Origin: Lama guanicoe | Lineage: Eukaryota | NCBI GenBank assembly: GCA_013239625.1 | Contig: MU057340.1 | Span: 8,326,931-8,390,930 of the forward strand | Direction of reading: 5' to 3' | Length of the DNA: 64,000 nt | Shown here: positions 1-12,026 of the stretch, piece after piece | Layout of the letters: the number at the start of each line of letters is the position of its first letter | Numbering within the stretch: position 1 is the stretch's first letter | The notes under the pieces: generated by a model | The model's input: only the letters and a program-made list of their open reading frames with translations | Told to the model about the DNA's origin: nothing | Database searches by the model: none | Made by a program: the position numbers and the translations under genes

Positions 1-1416
1 GTGGAATGTGGCGTGTCACCAGGCCCTCTCACACCTGCAAATGCCCCTCAGCCAAGTTTCTACACCTTCTCACTTCCCCATGGAATATCTTCTTCCATCA
101 GCGCCAGCTCTCACCCAGCCACCCACGAACCTACCCTGAGCAGGTGCTCCAGGCCCCAGCCTCCTGGATGTCTGGCCCGCTTGCCATCCAAACTGCCCTG
201 TGCAGCTCTCCAAGGGCGTTGTTGTGCCTACACCCTGTTTCCCAGAGAGATTCCAGGGTCCCTCCCATTCTTCTGGAACTCTGCAGCCCCTGGCCCAGGA
301 CAGATAGGGCCCAGGTGGATGGGGGACATTTGGCTGGTGGCAGAGGGCAGCCTGCTCATTGGGCCCAGAGAGAAGACAGAAGAGCCTAGATGCAGCCTGG
401 AACTGGCCAGCACCTTCTAGTCTGCTTGAGGGGCTGCATCCTTAGGTGGGAAGGGACTGGCCAGAGCGGGGCACCCGGTACTGGGTATCTGTTGGAATCA
501 GCTCTCACCAGGGAGAACCTGAGAGACTTCGCCAAAGGCTCAGAAGCAGCAGGAAACCAGGATGCTGCAGAGGAGGTGTCCACCGAAGGGAGAGGCCCCA
601 GCCGCGGGTTCTTTAACCTTCTCACCTGGTACCCGGTGGATCCCTGCAGCTCAGCAAGGGCCTGGTGACAGGAAGACAGAGGGGAAGGAGGACACCCATG
701 GTAGGGGTCGGGGTGTCTGTTTCCAGGCTGGGAGGACTGGCGTGGCTGGGCAGGTAGGCTGGCCCTTCAGGGGAAGGCCTTCAGGACCACCAGCCACATG
801 TTGAGCCCGAATTTCTGGAACTGGCACCGTGTGCACAGCACACGTTCCACCCCGCGGGGGCTCCCCCCAGCTCCCCCCAGCTCGTTCCCCCTGGCTTTTC
901 TTGGCCAAAGAAGGTAGTGAAATGTGTTGATTTTCAAACCCTCTCTCTTCTACCTCATGATGAGCTGGAGGCTGTAAATGAGTGAGGGGGAAGGGGATCA
1001 GATGTCCCGTTTAACAAGCTGTTGGGCACCAAAGAGATGGGTTTTGTTGTTAGCGCAGACCAGAGCCCCAGGTAAGGTCTGTGGTGGGGGCACCTCAGTG
1101 GCCCCCTGCAGACCGAGCCGCTGGCCAGCCCTCTTCCAGACGAGTTCTAAACACTCACAACAATCACAATAACCTCAACCAACTGAGAAGTCACCCTGCA
1201 CACATTTCTACAGTCTGCCCGTCTTCTCTGCAACCTTCTGGTTTCTTCTTTCAATTCTTTAGAGCATACTTGTGTTTCATGGGGGAGTAAATGAAAGCTT
1301 AGGAGTCCTACAAACTCCACTCATTCATCCTCAATTACTGAGAGCTTGATCTGTGAATAATATGTGACTAGGGTCTCTGGGAAGATGTAAAAATCAGCAC
1401 CTATAATTCCTGCCCT

Positions 1417-1524
1417 CTGCAGACTCCTCAAAGTTGGGAACCCTGTCTCATCAATCTCGTGGCACCTAGCACCGTGCCTAGCGTGCGGTAGGTAATCACC
1501 AGGCATAGAAGGAATGAATAAATG
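1417..1524 (+). mobile_element. LINE-2 3' end fragment
   Basis: cacctagcaccgtgcctagc...gtaggt...gaatgaataaatg resembles the L2 3' terminus. Confidence 0.7.
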
Positions 1525-1729
1525 TTCTTAGAAGTCTCTGGTACTCTCAAGTGTCCTGGTTTGAAAGCCACGGGGCTCCGCTTCATGTAAAGATCATCTA
1601 AGTGACAAGAAAGATGTGCTTGGAACGTGTCGCGGAGCCTTTGTGCCTGAACTGTTGGGATGTTCCTGTGCTCTTACTGGGACTTGCTAAATAGGCAGGT
1701 ACCCAGGACGCAGTTGAGGGAGTCATACT

Positions 1730-1816
1730 CTCCAAGGCTGAGTTCAGGCCTATGAACCTGCATTTTAGCAAGCATCCTGGGTGATTCCAACATTGCTGGT
1801 CATTGGACCACACATT
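1730..1816. mobile_element. MER5A-like hAT-Charlie MITE fragment
   Basis: ctgcattttagcaagcatcctgggtgattcc...gctggtcattggaccacac matches the MER5A half. Confidence 0.7.
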
Positions 1817-2004
1817 AAAAAAAATCACGTTCACCCAACCCAGGTCCCAGTGGGCCATATGACACCTTTGCCCCTTTTTCACTATATGAGGAGATGGGTC
1901 TTCCCCACAAGCTACAGATATCTTTGGACATATGCAGTGATGTTGGTGGCTTTTTTCAGCCTAGCTCTCCTCCTTTTTCTTTGGACAACCCCCCTCCCCT
2001 GCCT

Positions 2005-2046
2005 ACACACACACACACACACACACGCACACACACACACGCACAC
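2005..2046. repeat. (CA)n microsatellite
   Basis: Directly visible, two CG interruptions. Confidence 0.97.
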
Positions 2047-2599
2047 CCCCTTGGAATGCTGCTCCTCCCTGTTCCAGGTGCACCACCAGCTTGCCAACCA
2101 CGGTTCCACCACAAGGGGTCCAGAGGGCGGGCACATACTCCAGCTTGGACAAATCAGAGCCGAGCGGTTCAAGTCACCAGGATTCATGCAGGTCTTCTAC
2201 CTTCTGTGCTCTCCCCAGTATCCTTCCTCCCCAGAACCCTCTTCCTGCTGAATCTGCTTTGCGTTGGGTTTCTGGGACAGGAACTTGAAGAAATCTCACC
2301 TCACTGATGCTGTTTCAGTGTCCTCTTTGGTAATCCTGATGGGGCTTCCTTTTGTGAGAATTGCCACCAGAGAGCCATACTGCATAATAGATGCTCAACA
2401 CCTGTTCATTTCTTCCATTTTATTTTAATATCACCTAACTCTTCCTTGGGATCGAGCTGGACGCCTGGGACTGGATTAGCTCTCTGCTTCCCGTGTTGAG
2501 CTGGTAGTTCATGTGGGGGATTCGTACTCTGTCCCCCACCCATCCGATGTTCAGCAAGTGACAGGACTGAAGGACGGGGCAGACACAGCTGGGCTCTGC

Positions 2600-3085
2600 G
2601 AGGGATGGGGCGGGGGTGGGCATGCGCTCTGCTCTGTGCTGAGCGGGCAGCAGAAGAGGTTTAAATACATGGAGCAGTGATTTTTTTTTTCACTTGCTAT
2701 CTCAATCTATCTGCCCATAGAATAAGATTTGCATAGTGGTGTGGGTGAGAACTCAGCAGCCTGTGATTTAGGGATGTAAATTGCTTTTTAATTTGGAAGG
2801 AAAAACCACTTGGTCTCCAGCAAGGCTTCTCTTTAGATGTACAGCCCAGCTTGGTGAATTACTCTTCCAGATACAGGGTATCGGTTAAAGACTCTCTGGT
2901 GCACCCTATAACTCCGGGAGGGCTGTAATTGTTGCACTGACTCCTAAATTTCCCTCTGGCCAGAGTGCCGCCATCCATTCTCATTTAGCAAATCTGTTCA
3001 GGATTTACTATTTTCTTTTAGACTTATGCTGACCTTAAATTTTCCCCTTTCATAAAGTCCTTGATGCTCTCATGCATTCATGCCC
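2600..3085. promoter_or_regulatory. Candidate enhancer/CNE-like block with GC box/G4 and octamer
   Basis: Repeat-free; GGGATGGGGCGGGGGTGGG 2602-2620, ATTTGCAT 2727-2734, TGATTTAG ~2764; function is inferred. Confidence 0.35.
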
Positions 3086-3198
3086 CGGGGGCCGCCGAGA
3101 CCTGCCCTTCAAGGACATAAGCTTCTGCACCCCCACCTTGGGGGAAGAGGTGAGCGTGTACTCATATAATCCCCCGGCACCCGATGATTATTTTTCAG

Positions 3199-3315
3199 TA
3201 TGTACATATCACACTTGTGCTGAACATATGTTTTATATATGTACATGAGTATACATATTACATAGATATATGTATGCATGTGTAAGTAGACACACACATA
3301 TATGTGTCTATGTAT
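3199..3315. repeat. Degenerate (TA/CA/TG) low-complexity repeat
   Basis: Alternating purine-pyrimidine degenerate tract. Confidence 0.8.
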
Positions 3316-3324
3316 TTAATTTTG

Positions 3325-3490
3325 TAAGTAGGGGCAGAGTTAGCTCCCACTTTACAGATGGGGAAGCTGAGACCAAGAGGAATAAAGTAAGGTTTTCGTA
3401 ATCACCCATCTGCTAAGTGACTGAGCCAAGATTTAAAGTGTAGAAAGTTGATGCAAGTCAAACACTGCTTTCGGCCACTATGCTTACCTG
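3325..3490 (-). mobile_element. MIR SINE
   Basis: cccactttacagatggggaagctgag is the antisense MIR core. Confidence 0.8.
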
Positions 3491-5755
3491 TCTCCCTACT
3501 AAGTACAGCAGAGCCTGGCTGAAAGCGATCTTTGTTTAGACACAGGAGACCCTGCCACTCATCAACACACTTTGGGACACTTCCTCCACCCCCTCCAAAT
3601 CCTTCTACCGCCATGTAGCCCACGTGCCCCTCTTTTGTGGATGCGACCACCCGGAGACACAGAGAAACGCTTTGCTGAAGTTCGGACACTTTGATTAACC
3701 AGATTCACCCTATTCAAACCAAATCACCTCGATCTGGCACACTTTTCTTCGTAAGCCCTCACTGGCCTGCCCGCTTGCCTCCTTAAGCACTTACAAACAG
3801 ACTGGATTTAGACGTTTTTTTTTTTCAGGACTTAACGCTAAGGTCAATGGCCTTTAGTTCCCTATTTGGAAATGATTTTGTTCTGGTTTCCAGTTCTGGT
3901 CATCAGCGCTGAATTTGTTGTGTGAGCATTCTCCTTCCTCTCTTGTCCCTTCTGAGTCTTGAGAGATTTCAGACAGTGGGCTCCTCGGGGTTGTAAATTC
4001 GAGTTCTTTTCCTGTTTGAAACGGAGTTTGTGGGGACTCCAGGCAGGGCTGGGCTGCTGCGGGCTCAGTGGTTGCTGTCCTCTGCCTCCTGCCTCCCTCA
4101 GCTGGTGTGCCCCCTCCATCTCTTGACCTTTCGGGGCTTTACCTCCTGCATCTAACCCTCCACCCCTCCTGGTCATGTGAAAACCCCTCACAGGGAAAAC
4201 GATGAAAGTGTCATGGGTCCTCATGCTTTCCCTCTGTGCCCTGCTCACAGCACAGCCAGTTACACACCTGCCTCTCCCCCCCGGGGGGGGCACCTAGGCA
4301 CACGTGGCTAAGACCCTCAGTGGCCCCCAAGCAGTGGCCAATTCTTATTTTCCCAGCTCCAAACAAGATGAAAAATAAAGAATTAATTTTCTCTTGTCCT
4401 TGACTTTTTTCTTCCAGACCTCAGCTCATCAATACCGTGGCTTCCCCGACACCACCCTTAACGCCCCAGAGCGTACTTTAGCATTTGTCCTTGGCTGTGA
4501 GTCTGCCTTTGGTATGTCTCCTTCCAACAGCCGTGCTCAGACAGAGCTCCCGGTGCACCCAGGGCGCTCCCTCCTGCGCTCCTCACCTGCCTTTCTTCCT
4601 CCTTGCGCTCAGGCTCGGTTGGGATTGTGCAGTCAGAACTGCTGGCGGGGTTTAACCCTCGCCCCGGTTGTATGTGCCGGGGCCACACTTCCAGGACTCA
4701 TCAACTCCTTGCTCCTCCGATAGGGATACTTCCATTAACACACCTATTTCCAAGCCTGTAGAGTGGGTTGTGAGCTCTTTTTTATAGACAGCCCCTTCTG
4801 CTTTAATAAAGAGCTTCTGTGTTTCAGCCTCATGAATATGCTTGAATTTCAAAGGAGCTGGATCACAGAAAGACCTGCATCCAGGGATTCAGGCTGAGCA
4901 AACATTTCCACCTGCTCGCGTTCATGTATAAGACACAAGGCTGTACTTAAATACATAAACATTGATCTCTTTGGATGGACGTGTCCACAGAGAACGCTGC
5001 CTCCTGGAGTTAGCTCATTGTTCCTGCCCGAGTTCCACCCATATCCTGGCCCAGGGCTGAATGCCCGCGATTACGGGGCTGTCTGGTGGCTAGTTAAATG
5101 CCTCCCTTGCCTCCAAATGGAGCGTGTTGCCTCTTTTCCACCTCCAGCCCAGGTCACACTGGGGCCACTGTCTGCTGAGTTAGCATGTTGATTTCAGCTA
5201 CTCGATTAACTAACAAAGTATTTTACATGATTCTCAAGGACAAGGTGAGAGAGGTGGGACAGAAGGGATGGTGAGGAGAAGGCAGCCTGTCAGCTCCAAT
5301 CCATTTGGTTCTCCCAAGTCAAACAGCCGCTGGGGACTGTGTAAAGCCCTGGGCACCAGGGGAGCCGTGGTCCAGGGAACTGATGCAGGTCTTTTTCCTC
5401 CAGGATGGAGGCGATGAAGGCGGCAAGCTCGGTAAAGCAGCAGGTCCTGGGAGGGTCTTGCCACAGAAATCTGTGCACCCCAGGGGATCTGCCTTATCTC
5501 CTCCCCTCCCTCTGCTCTCCTGTGTCTGATCAAGAGAGAGCTGAGCCAGTAGACTGTGTCTTCCATGCTCTGATGGCTGACAGAAAAGTAGGGGTCATGA
5601 AGCTTGTCCTCCAGACACCTCAGGGGGTGGTCACCCTCCCTGCTACAGCAGCAGTGGCCCGTAGAGAGGGAACTGCTTTACTATCCACCAGTTTTGGAAT
5701 CGATGCCTCTTGAGATGTTCCAGTAACAGGCCACAAAGGAAAATAGTGGCACATC

Positions 5756-6158
5756 TGTAGCAGATGCTCTGATGTGCCACCCAGACACCTATAGGATTGA
5801 AGGACTTCCTGCCCCTTCCTCCCTGCGCTTCTATGGACAGACAGCACTCCACTGTCCGCCAGCCCTCTTTGGGAATTGCCTTCGCACAGCCAACATCTTG
5901 CCCACTTTCCAGGGTGGTCGACGTCAAACACCTGGTGTCCGATCCCCTCACATGAGCCCAGGACAACCCTGAAAGACCGTAACTTCAGAGCTTTTCATAG
6001 AATCGGGCTGTGCGGAGACTGCCCAATGCAGTCCAACTTTTCTCTCTTCCCAGTCTTGCTTCATTCCCTTCCCTCCAAGGATGAGCCCAAGAGAACTCTG
6101 ATAAAGCTTCTGCAGGCACTCTCCATCGCAGTCTCCTTCCCAGGAGACCCACCAAGTC
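5756..6158 (+). mobile_element. ERVL solo LTR (LTR16/LTR33-like)
   Basis: Starts tgtagcagatgctctgatgtgccacccaga; ends gataaagcttctgcaggcactctccatcgcagtctccttcccaggagaccc, like LTR16/33 termini. Confidence 0.65.
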
Positions 6159-6304
6159 TCCACTCGGGGGCCTAGAATAAGATGACCTAGCAGACAAAAT
6201 GCACACCTAGCCAGAGAGAGCTCCTCTCATGATCCTTAAAGGTTAGATAAAGCACGGCTGTGGTCTCACTGGGCACTGAAATTTACTAAATGGTAGCTCT
6301 CTAA

Positions 6305-6485
6305 TGACTTTCCTTTCCTTTTTATAATTGGTCTTTTCAAGTCTTCTACTTCTTCTGGGGTCAATTTTGGAAATTTGTTGGCTAGGAAATCATCCATTTC
6401 TTCTAGATTTTAAAATTATTGCCTCCAAATCGCATATATTATTCTCTTGTAATCTTTTCTCCTCTGTGGCCATGTCTGCTTTCAA
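6305..6485 (-). mobile_element. Ancient L1 ORF2 fragment, antisense
   Basis: Reverse complement aaaatctagaagaaatggatgatttcctag...aaaattgaccccagaagaagtagaa matches the L1 ORF2 NLEEMD..KLT.EE segment. Confidence 0.8.
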
Positions 6486-6499
6486 GTTCCTTTTCTCTG

Positions 6500-9400
6500 A
6501 GACTGAACAGAGAAACAAAGCACTTCTTGAATATCAAGAGCAGCAAACACAGACACAAAGACATTCTGAAGGTAAGATGTGGATTTCCCACTGAACAATA
6601 TGGCAGGTGAAGGAAAGGAAAAGGCAGCTATGGTTAGACCTGGATTAGTGGCCCAGAGAGTTTAATAATCTTGACTGTATATAAAATCTATAATTGCTTT
6701 GAATATAGGATAGGCTTATTCTCTGCTCACAAACTATATAAAATAACGATCATGTTCTTTCCCCAAAAGAAATATTTTGCATATTCTAACACTAATGCGC
6801 AGAGCAAAAGTCAAAAGAAATGAAAATCATGAAGGAAAAAAACAAAAGAGTTGGAGGATGGAGCCATGAAAACTAACATGCAAGTACTGGGATCCTAGAG
6901 GAAAACTAAGGACCACATGACAAAAAGATGAAATTAAATAAAGAACAGGAGAAGTTTTCTGAATGGAGAGCAACGGATTCTATGGAAACGTGCAATATAA
7001 ATCTTTTTTATTTTAAGTCTTTTTTTAATTGAAGTATAGTTGATTTACAATATTGTGTTAGTTTCAGGTGCACAGCAAAGTGATTCAGTTACATGCATCC
7101 ATATGTATATACATTTTTTCTATTCTTTTCCATTATAGTTTATTATAAGATATTGACTATAGTTCCCTGTGCTGTACAGTAAATCCTTGCTGTGAAATCT
7201 TAAATACAGGATCTAGAAACTGAAGGTTACATTTCAAGGGAATTTCTGACAGTAGTCTAGATCCAACAGCACTGAACTATTTCAGCAACACCAGGTCGGC
7301 AGGGCAGTGGGTGGGGAAGGAGGTGTGAGGTGCCCCCAGTGCCTCTTCCTGGATTGGGAGAGAGGAAGAATAAGGGGAAGGGAAGTCAGGGAGAGGGAAG
7401 TAAAGGGATTCTAATGGTTTCATCTCATAGAGTAAGCATGGGGAGGCACGTGAAAATAGACTGTCTTGCTTGGTAAAATAGTTGGTATCTTGCTTCCAAT
7501 AATAACAGAGCAAAAAAAAATGTTTGCTTTTGAATACAAGGAAAGTAGAGGAAAACATCAATCAAATCTAACAGTTGTGTTCGAACCTACAAATTAACCA
7601 GGGGAAACAATTTAATCAAACCAGTGAAAATAAAGAAAAGGGTATAAGAAATCATAACTGTGAAGCAATCTGACAGGGACGAAGAAGCAGGAATATAAGT
7701 TATTAAAGCATATATGTGCAAACAGAATTGTCTCGTTAAATGACAGAGCTTGTCAGAGAGAGTTAAAAACCAAAAACACTTATATGTTGTTCAAACAAAT
7801 ACACTTTGATAAAATAGATAATGAAAGGTTCAGATTAAAGGGATGGAAAGAGGAAGACCAGGCAAATGCAAACAAGTAAAAAGCAAGAGTGGCGATGTTT
7901 AATAATAAAGTAGAAATAAATAAATAATAAAGTAGAATTCAAGGTTAATCAAGAAACGGGACCAAAAGGGACGCTGCATATCACAAGTGGCACAGTTTAT
8001 GAAGAAGATATTTCATAAACAGTATACACAAAGCAATGGATCAGCTACACCTAGAAAGCTAAAGCTATTAGGAATGTAAGAAGAACCTGATTTTTTAGTT
8101 GTATAGAAAGATTTCAATATAATTCCAACTGAATATTGCAGATCTCAAAAATTAAATTAAATATGAGCAGAGATAAATTTTCAAAAATCAATAACTTGAC
8201 TGTATATAAAATCTATAATTGCTTTGAATAAAGAATATATTTTTTTTAGGTTCACAAACTATATAAAGTATTGATCATGTTCTTTTCCCAAAAGAAATGT
8301 TTTACATATTCTAAAAAGTGGAGATTTTATATATATAAAATAGAGGCCATAGTCTCTGATGATATTCCAATAAAATAGAAATGTATAATAAAAGATGACC
8401 AAAAGCTTAATCACTTACAAGTTAAAATACACAATCTTGAAAAATTATTGGATTGAGAGAGAAATCAAGAGACATTACAAATTATGTACAAGTCAATGGA
8501 AAGAATATTTTACACATAACCTATGAGTCAGACAAAGCCACACTAATAAAAATGAGCATACTTAAATGCCTTTATTATTGAAAATTAGAATTAAGACATT
8601 TCAGAACTCAAGAAATTAAAACATATAAGCAAAAAAAACTTTTTTAAATCTAAGAATCAGAGATTCTTAAAGACAAATGCTGAAATTGAAGAATAGGAAA
8701 AGATTTCAAATAAGAAAAGGAGAAAATAAATCTAAGATCAGGTACTTTGGGAAGAACAATGACACAAAATACATCCACAGAACATGACTAAGGAGAAATG
8801 AAAGAGATCAATAAAGTGAAAACAAACAAAAACACAAATACAAAAGAAATTAAAATACTCACAAGAAGTTAAAATATGTAACTTGGATAATAATTTCTAA
8901 ATTTAGAAGAAATGACTTCCTAACATGCACAAATTACCAAAACTGACACCAGAGGAAGTAGAACACTTGAACAGCAATTATCACAGAAGGATCAGGAAGG
9001 TGATTACAGAACTATGCTTTAGTGAAAAACCAGGACCCACTGGGAATCACAGATGGGTTTTATTTAATATTTAGATCAGGTGATTCCAATGTCAGATAAT
9101 ATACTTTAGGTCCTAGGAAAAGATAGAGAGTTCTCTTGATTTATTTTTAGAAAAATAGTATATCTCTAGTTCAAAAAACTGAAAAGGAGGTTATTTTTAA
9201 AATGTTTAAGTCAATCTCACATATGTCTGTAGAGAGGAACAGTCTAACTACACTATTAGTGAGTCGACTCTAGTGATGTTTCAAAAGAAAAATATGCTAT
9301 AAGCAAGTAGAGTTTATTCAAGGATTGCAGAGCAGCTCAATATCTGGAAATTTACGAGCATAATCCAAGGTATCAATGCACTAAAGAAAAACTATATGAG

Positions 9401-10900
9401 TCCATCAATAAAAGCTTTAAAAACATTTGACATAAGTCGGCAATCTTTTCTAATCAAAACCTAAGTAAAATAGTAAAAGATGGAAATGACTTAAAAATAT
9501 AAATATAATATAATAAAAATTATATTGTAACATAATATGATACTTGACTTAAATATAATAAATTTAATAAGGAAATAAATATTAGATTATATAACTATAA
9601 CAAACCATGAAAGTAAATATTGCTCTAACTGTCAAATCCCTAGAAACATTTCACATAGAAATCACGAACTAGACAGAGATGCTTGCTCTCATTATGGTTA
9701 TTCAATTATTTTGTTCTGGTGAATGCAATGGGCCAAGAAAATTGGTATAAACATTAGAAAATAAAGCATAAAATGCTCTCTCTTTTGCTGAGGAGGCTAT
9801 TGCATTTCTGGAAAACTCAATAGACTCTAATTAGGGAAACTTAACTAAAATGTATAAGAGAATTTGGTAAGCTGGCAGAATATAAGATAATATGAAAAAT
9901 TCAGTGGCTTCTAATCTAGCAAAGTATATGACAAAAGAAAAGGGTAAAAAAGTGTTCTACCCGCAAGCTAGAAAATGCTAATGCATGAAGTTAAGAAAGG
10001 TGCAAGAATAGAAAACCAGAGACTTTAAAAGAAGCGCATAACAGAGCAATTAAAAACATATGGATGGCAAGAGATGCCAAAAATTAAGTCAATACACACA
10101 CAGTAGATTTGAAGAAATATTTGCAGTGCAGTAGATAGACTTAAATCTATAATATGCAAAGGGTTCGTACAAATTGACAAAAATTGGAGAAACAACTGAT
10201 AGAAAAATAGGCAAAGAAACTGAGAAGACAATCTACAGGACAGTAAATTTAAATGATCAATAAACATTTAATATACGTAAATTTTGAAGTAGTCAGGGAA
10301 ATGTAAATTAAATGAACAATGAGCCGTTGCTTTATACCTACCAGGTATGCAATAATTAAAAGACTGGGAACACCTACTCCAGGTTTAGATGTGGAAATCT
10401 GAATTATTACGGCCATTTTGGAAAGTGATCTGGCAATAGCTATTAAAATTAAGAGCAATCCCATTTCTTATCATTTAACTCATAGAAATAAAAGCACCAG
10501 TTCCTAAGGACATATGTACAAGAGTAGTTTTGCCTGTGCAGAAAAAAAGGTAAATCCCTATCAATTAGGAAAAACCAAATAAATTACGGCACTTTTTTTT
10601 ATCTGATGGTCTGTGATGCACCCTTTCACAGGTGCATTAGAGCACTGACAGTTGACCAGGAGTAATTTTTATGAGTTATTGATGATACGAAAAATAAGAT
10701 AAAGAAAAATGTGTGAGATAGAATGCAACTGATGTAAAAACACTGACAACCGCCCCCCAACAATGTGTGTATGGTGTGTGTGTGTATATGAGCTGAAAGA
10801 AAAATACTTTCTAGGTTATCCAGAGAAGGGCTGGGGATGGCGGTGGAGGGTGTTGAGTAGAGAATTGGAGACAAAAGAGAAAATCAGACTCTTCTGGAAA
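6500..10900 (+). mobile_element. Ancient, heavily decayed near-full-length LINE-1 (L1M/L1ME-type) with ORF1 and ORF2 remnants
   Basis: ORF1-like coiled-coil/RRM boundary remnant at ~6800-6900; endonuclease-like RFRLKGWKEEDQANANK*KARVAM at ~7826-7897 (cf. L1 RLKIKGW..IYQAN..QKKAGVAI); A-rich ORF2 body and 3' remnants to ~10.7 kb; many stops and indels. Confidence 0.85.
7006..7194 (-). mobile_element. 5'-truncated artiodactyl-type L1 3' UTR inserted into the old L1
   Basis: ttttaattgaagtatagttgatttacaatattgtgttagtttcagg...; candidate TSD aaatctt at 6999-7005 and 7195-7201. Confidence 0.9.
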
Positions 10901-11031
10901 TACGTATGAAACAGTTATGTTTATGCATGCGTGTAAAATTATGAGTGTGTATATACAAATATAACAAATTTAGTATACAGCATTATAAAATAAAAATGTA
11001 TAGGAGTCAGCATGGGAGGAAGAGGTAACTT

Positions 11032-11151
11032 GTTTTGCATTCTTTTTATTGAAGTAAAGTCAGTTACAATGTGTCCATTTCTGGTGTACAGCATAATGCT
11101 TTGGTCATACATATACAGACACACATTTTCATATTCTTTTTCATAATAGGG
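11032..11151 (-). mobile_element. 5'-truncated L1 3' end
   Basis: tttttattgaagtaaagtcagttacaatgtg...; TSD agaggtaactt (11021-11031) / agagataactt (11152-11162). Confidence 0.88.
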
Positions 11152-11299
11152 AGAGATAACTTTTAAAGCAGCTGAACAGCGACAGGGTTGATGATTATAT
11201 GGGAACCAGTTTGGTGGGAAGAGCTGAACCTTTACTCACAGAGGTGGTTCTTTACACCACCTTGGTTATGCTATCGGGAAGAGAAGGGAAATATTTTGA

Positions 11300-11445
11300 T
11301 TACACTTGCAGATAAAGAAAGATGAAATTGCTGTTATGTTTCAAGACAGAAATAGGATTCAAAATAAGCCAGAAGATAGAGCCCAAAGCTATAAAGTGAA
11401 CATCAATCAAGAGAAACATGAAATTCTGCATCTAGGTTTGAACAT
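11300..11445 (+). mobile_element. CR1/L3 reverse-transcriptase fragment
   Basis: Translation QDRNRIQNKPEDRAQSYKVNINQEKHEILHLG resembles CR1 EDR.KIQ.DLDRLE.WA..N.MKFN.DKCKVLHLG. Confidence 0.7.
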
Positions 11446-11659
11446 ATTCATTGGCTTAAACCAAATCGTATGGGAATTTTTGGTTTCTTGTCTGAATTCC
11501 ATGAAGTTATTGGCCTTGTCTTATTTATCTGTAAATACCCACTCTCCAATAGCCAGCACAGTGCCTCACCCATGATCTGTGCAGAACAGAGCCTGGACGG
11601 GATCTGATGGGATAGGAGGCATGGGATACAAACAGCAGGTGCCAGGGCAGGCAGGGCAA

Positions 11660-11880
11660 TTATGAGGGATGCCTACTGTCTGCCAGATTCTATGCCAAGG
11701 GCACTTTAATTTCCTAAGAACCCAGGAGAGTACGTAAATATCAGGTACTCCTTACAGATTCAGGAACTCAGTGCAAACTAGGTATTTTATTTGCCCCAAA
11801 TTACAAAGTACTAAAAAGAGTTAGTACAAAGTACTACGGAGATTTGAACCCCGGTTTGCCTGAGTCCAAAACTTCCTGCA
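11660..11880 (-). mobile_element. MIR SINE
   Basis: gcctactgtctgccag...ggagatttgaaccccggtttgcctgagtccaaa. Confidence 0.7.
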
Positions 11881-11987
11881 GAAAGCTAGCAGGAGAGCAA
11901 ATGTGATTTTAAAATCATAGACACTTAGAGCTGGAAAATCAGGGACCAGAAGTCAGGGTAGGGCTGGAGCCCAGGGATTGAGTTCTG

Positions 11988-12026
11988 GCCGCCGCCGCCG
12001 CCGCTGCCGCCACCGCCACCGCCGCC
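11988..12026. repeat. (GCC)n trinucleotide repeat, 13 triplets with GCT/ACC interruptions
   Basis: (GCC)5 GCT (GCC)2 ACC GCC ACC (GCC)2. Confidence 0.95.
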
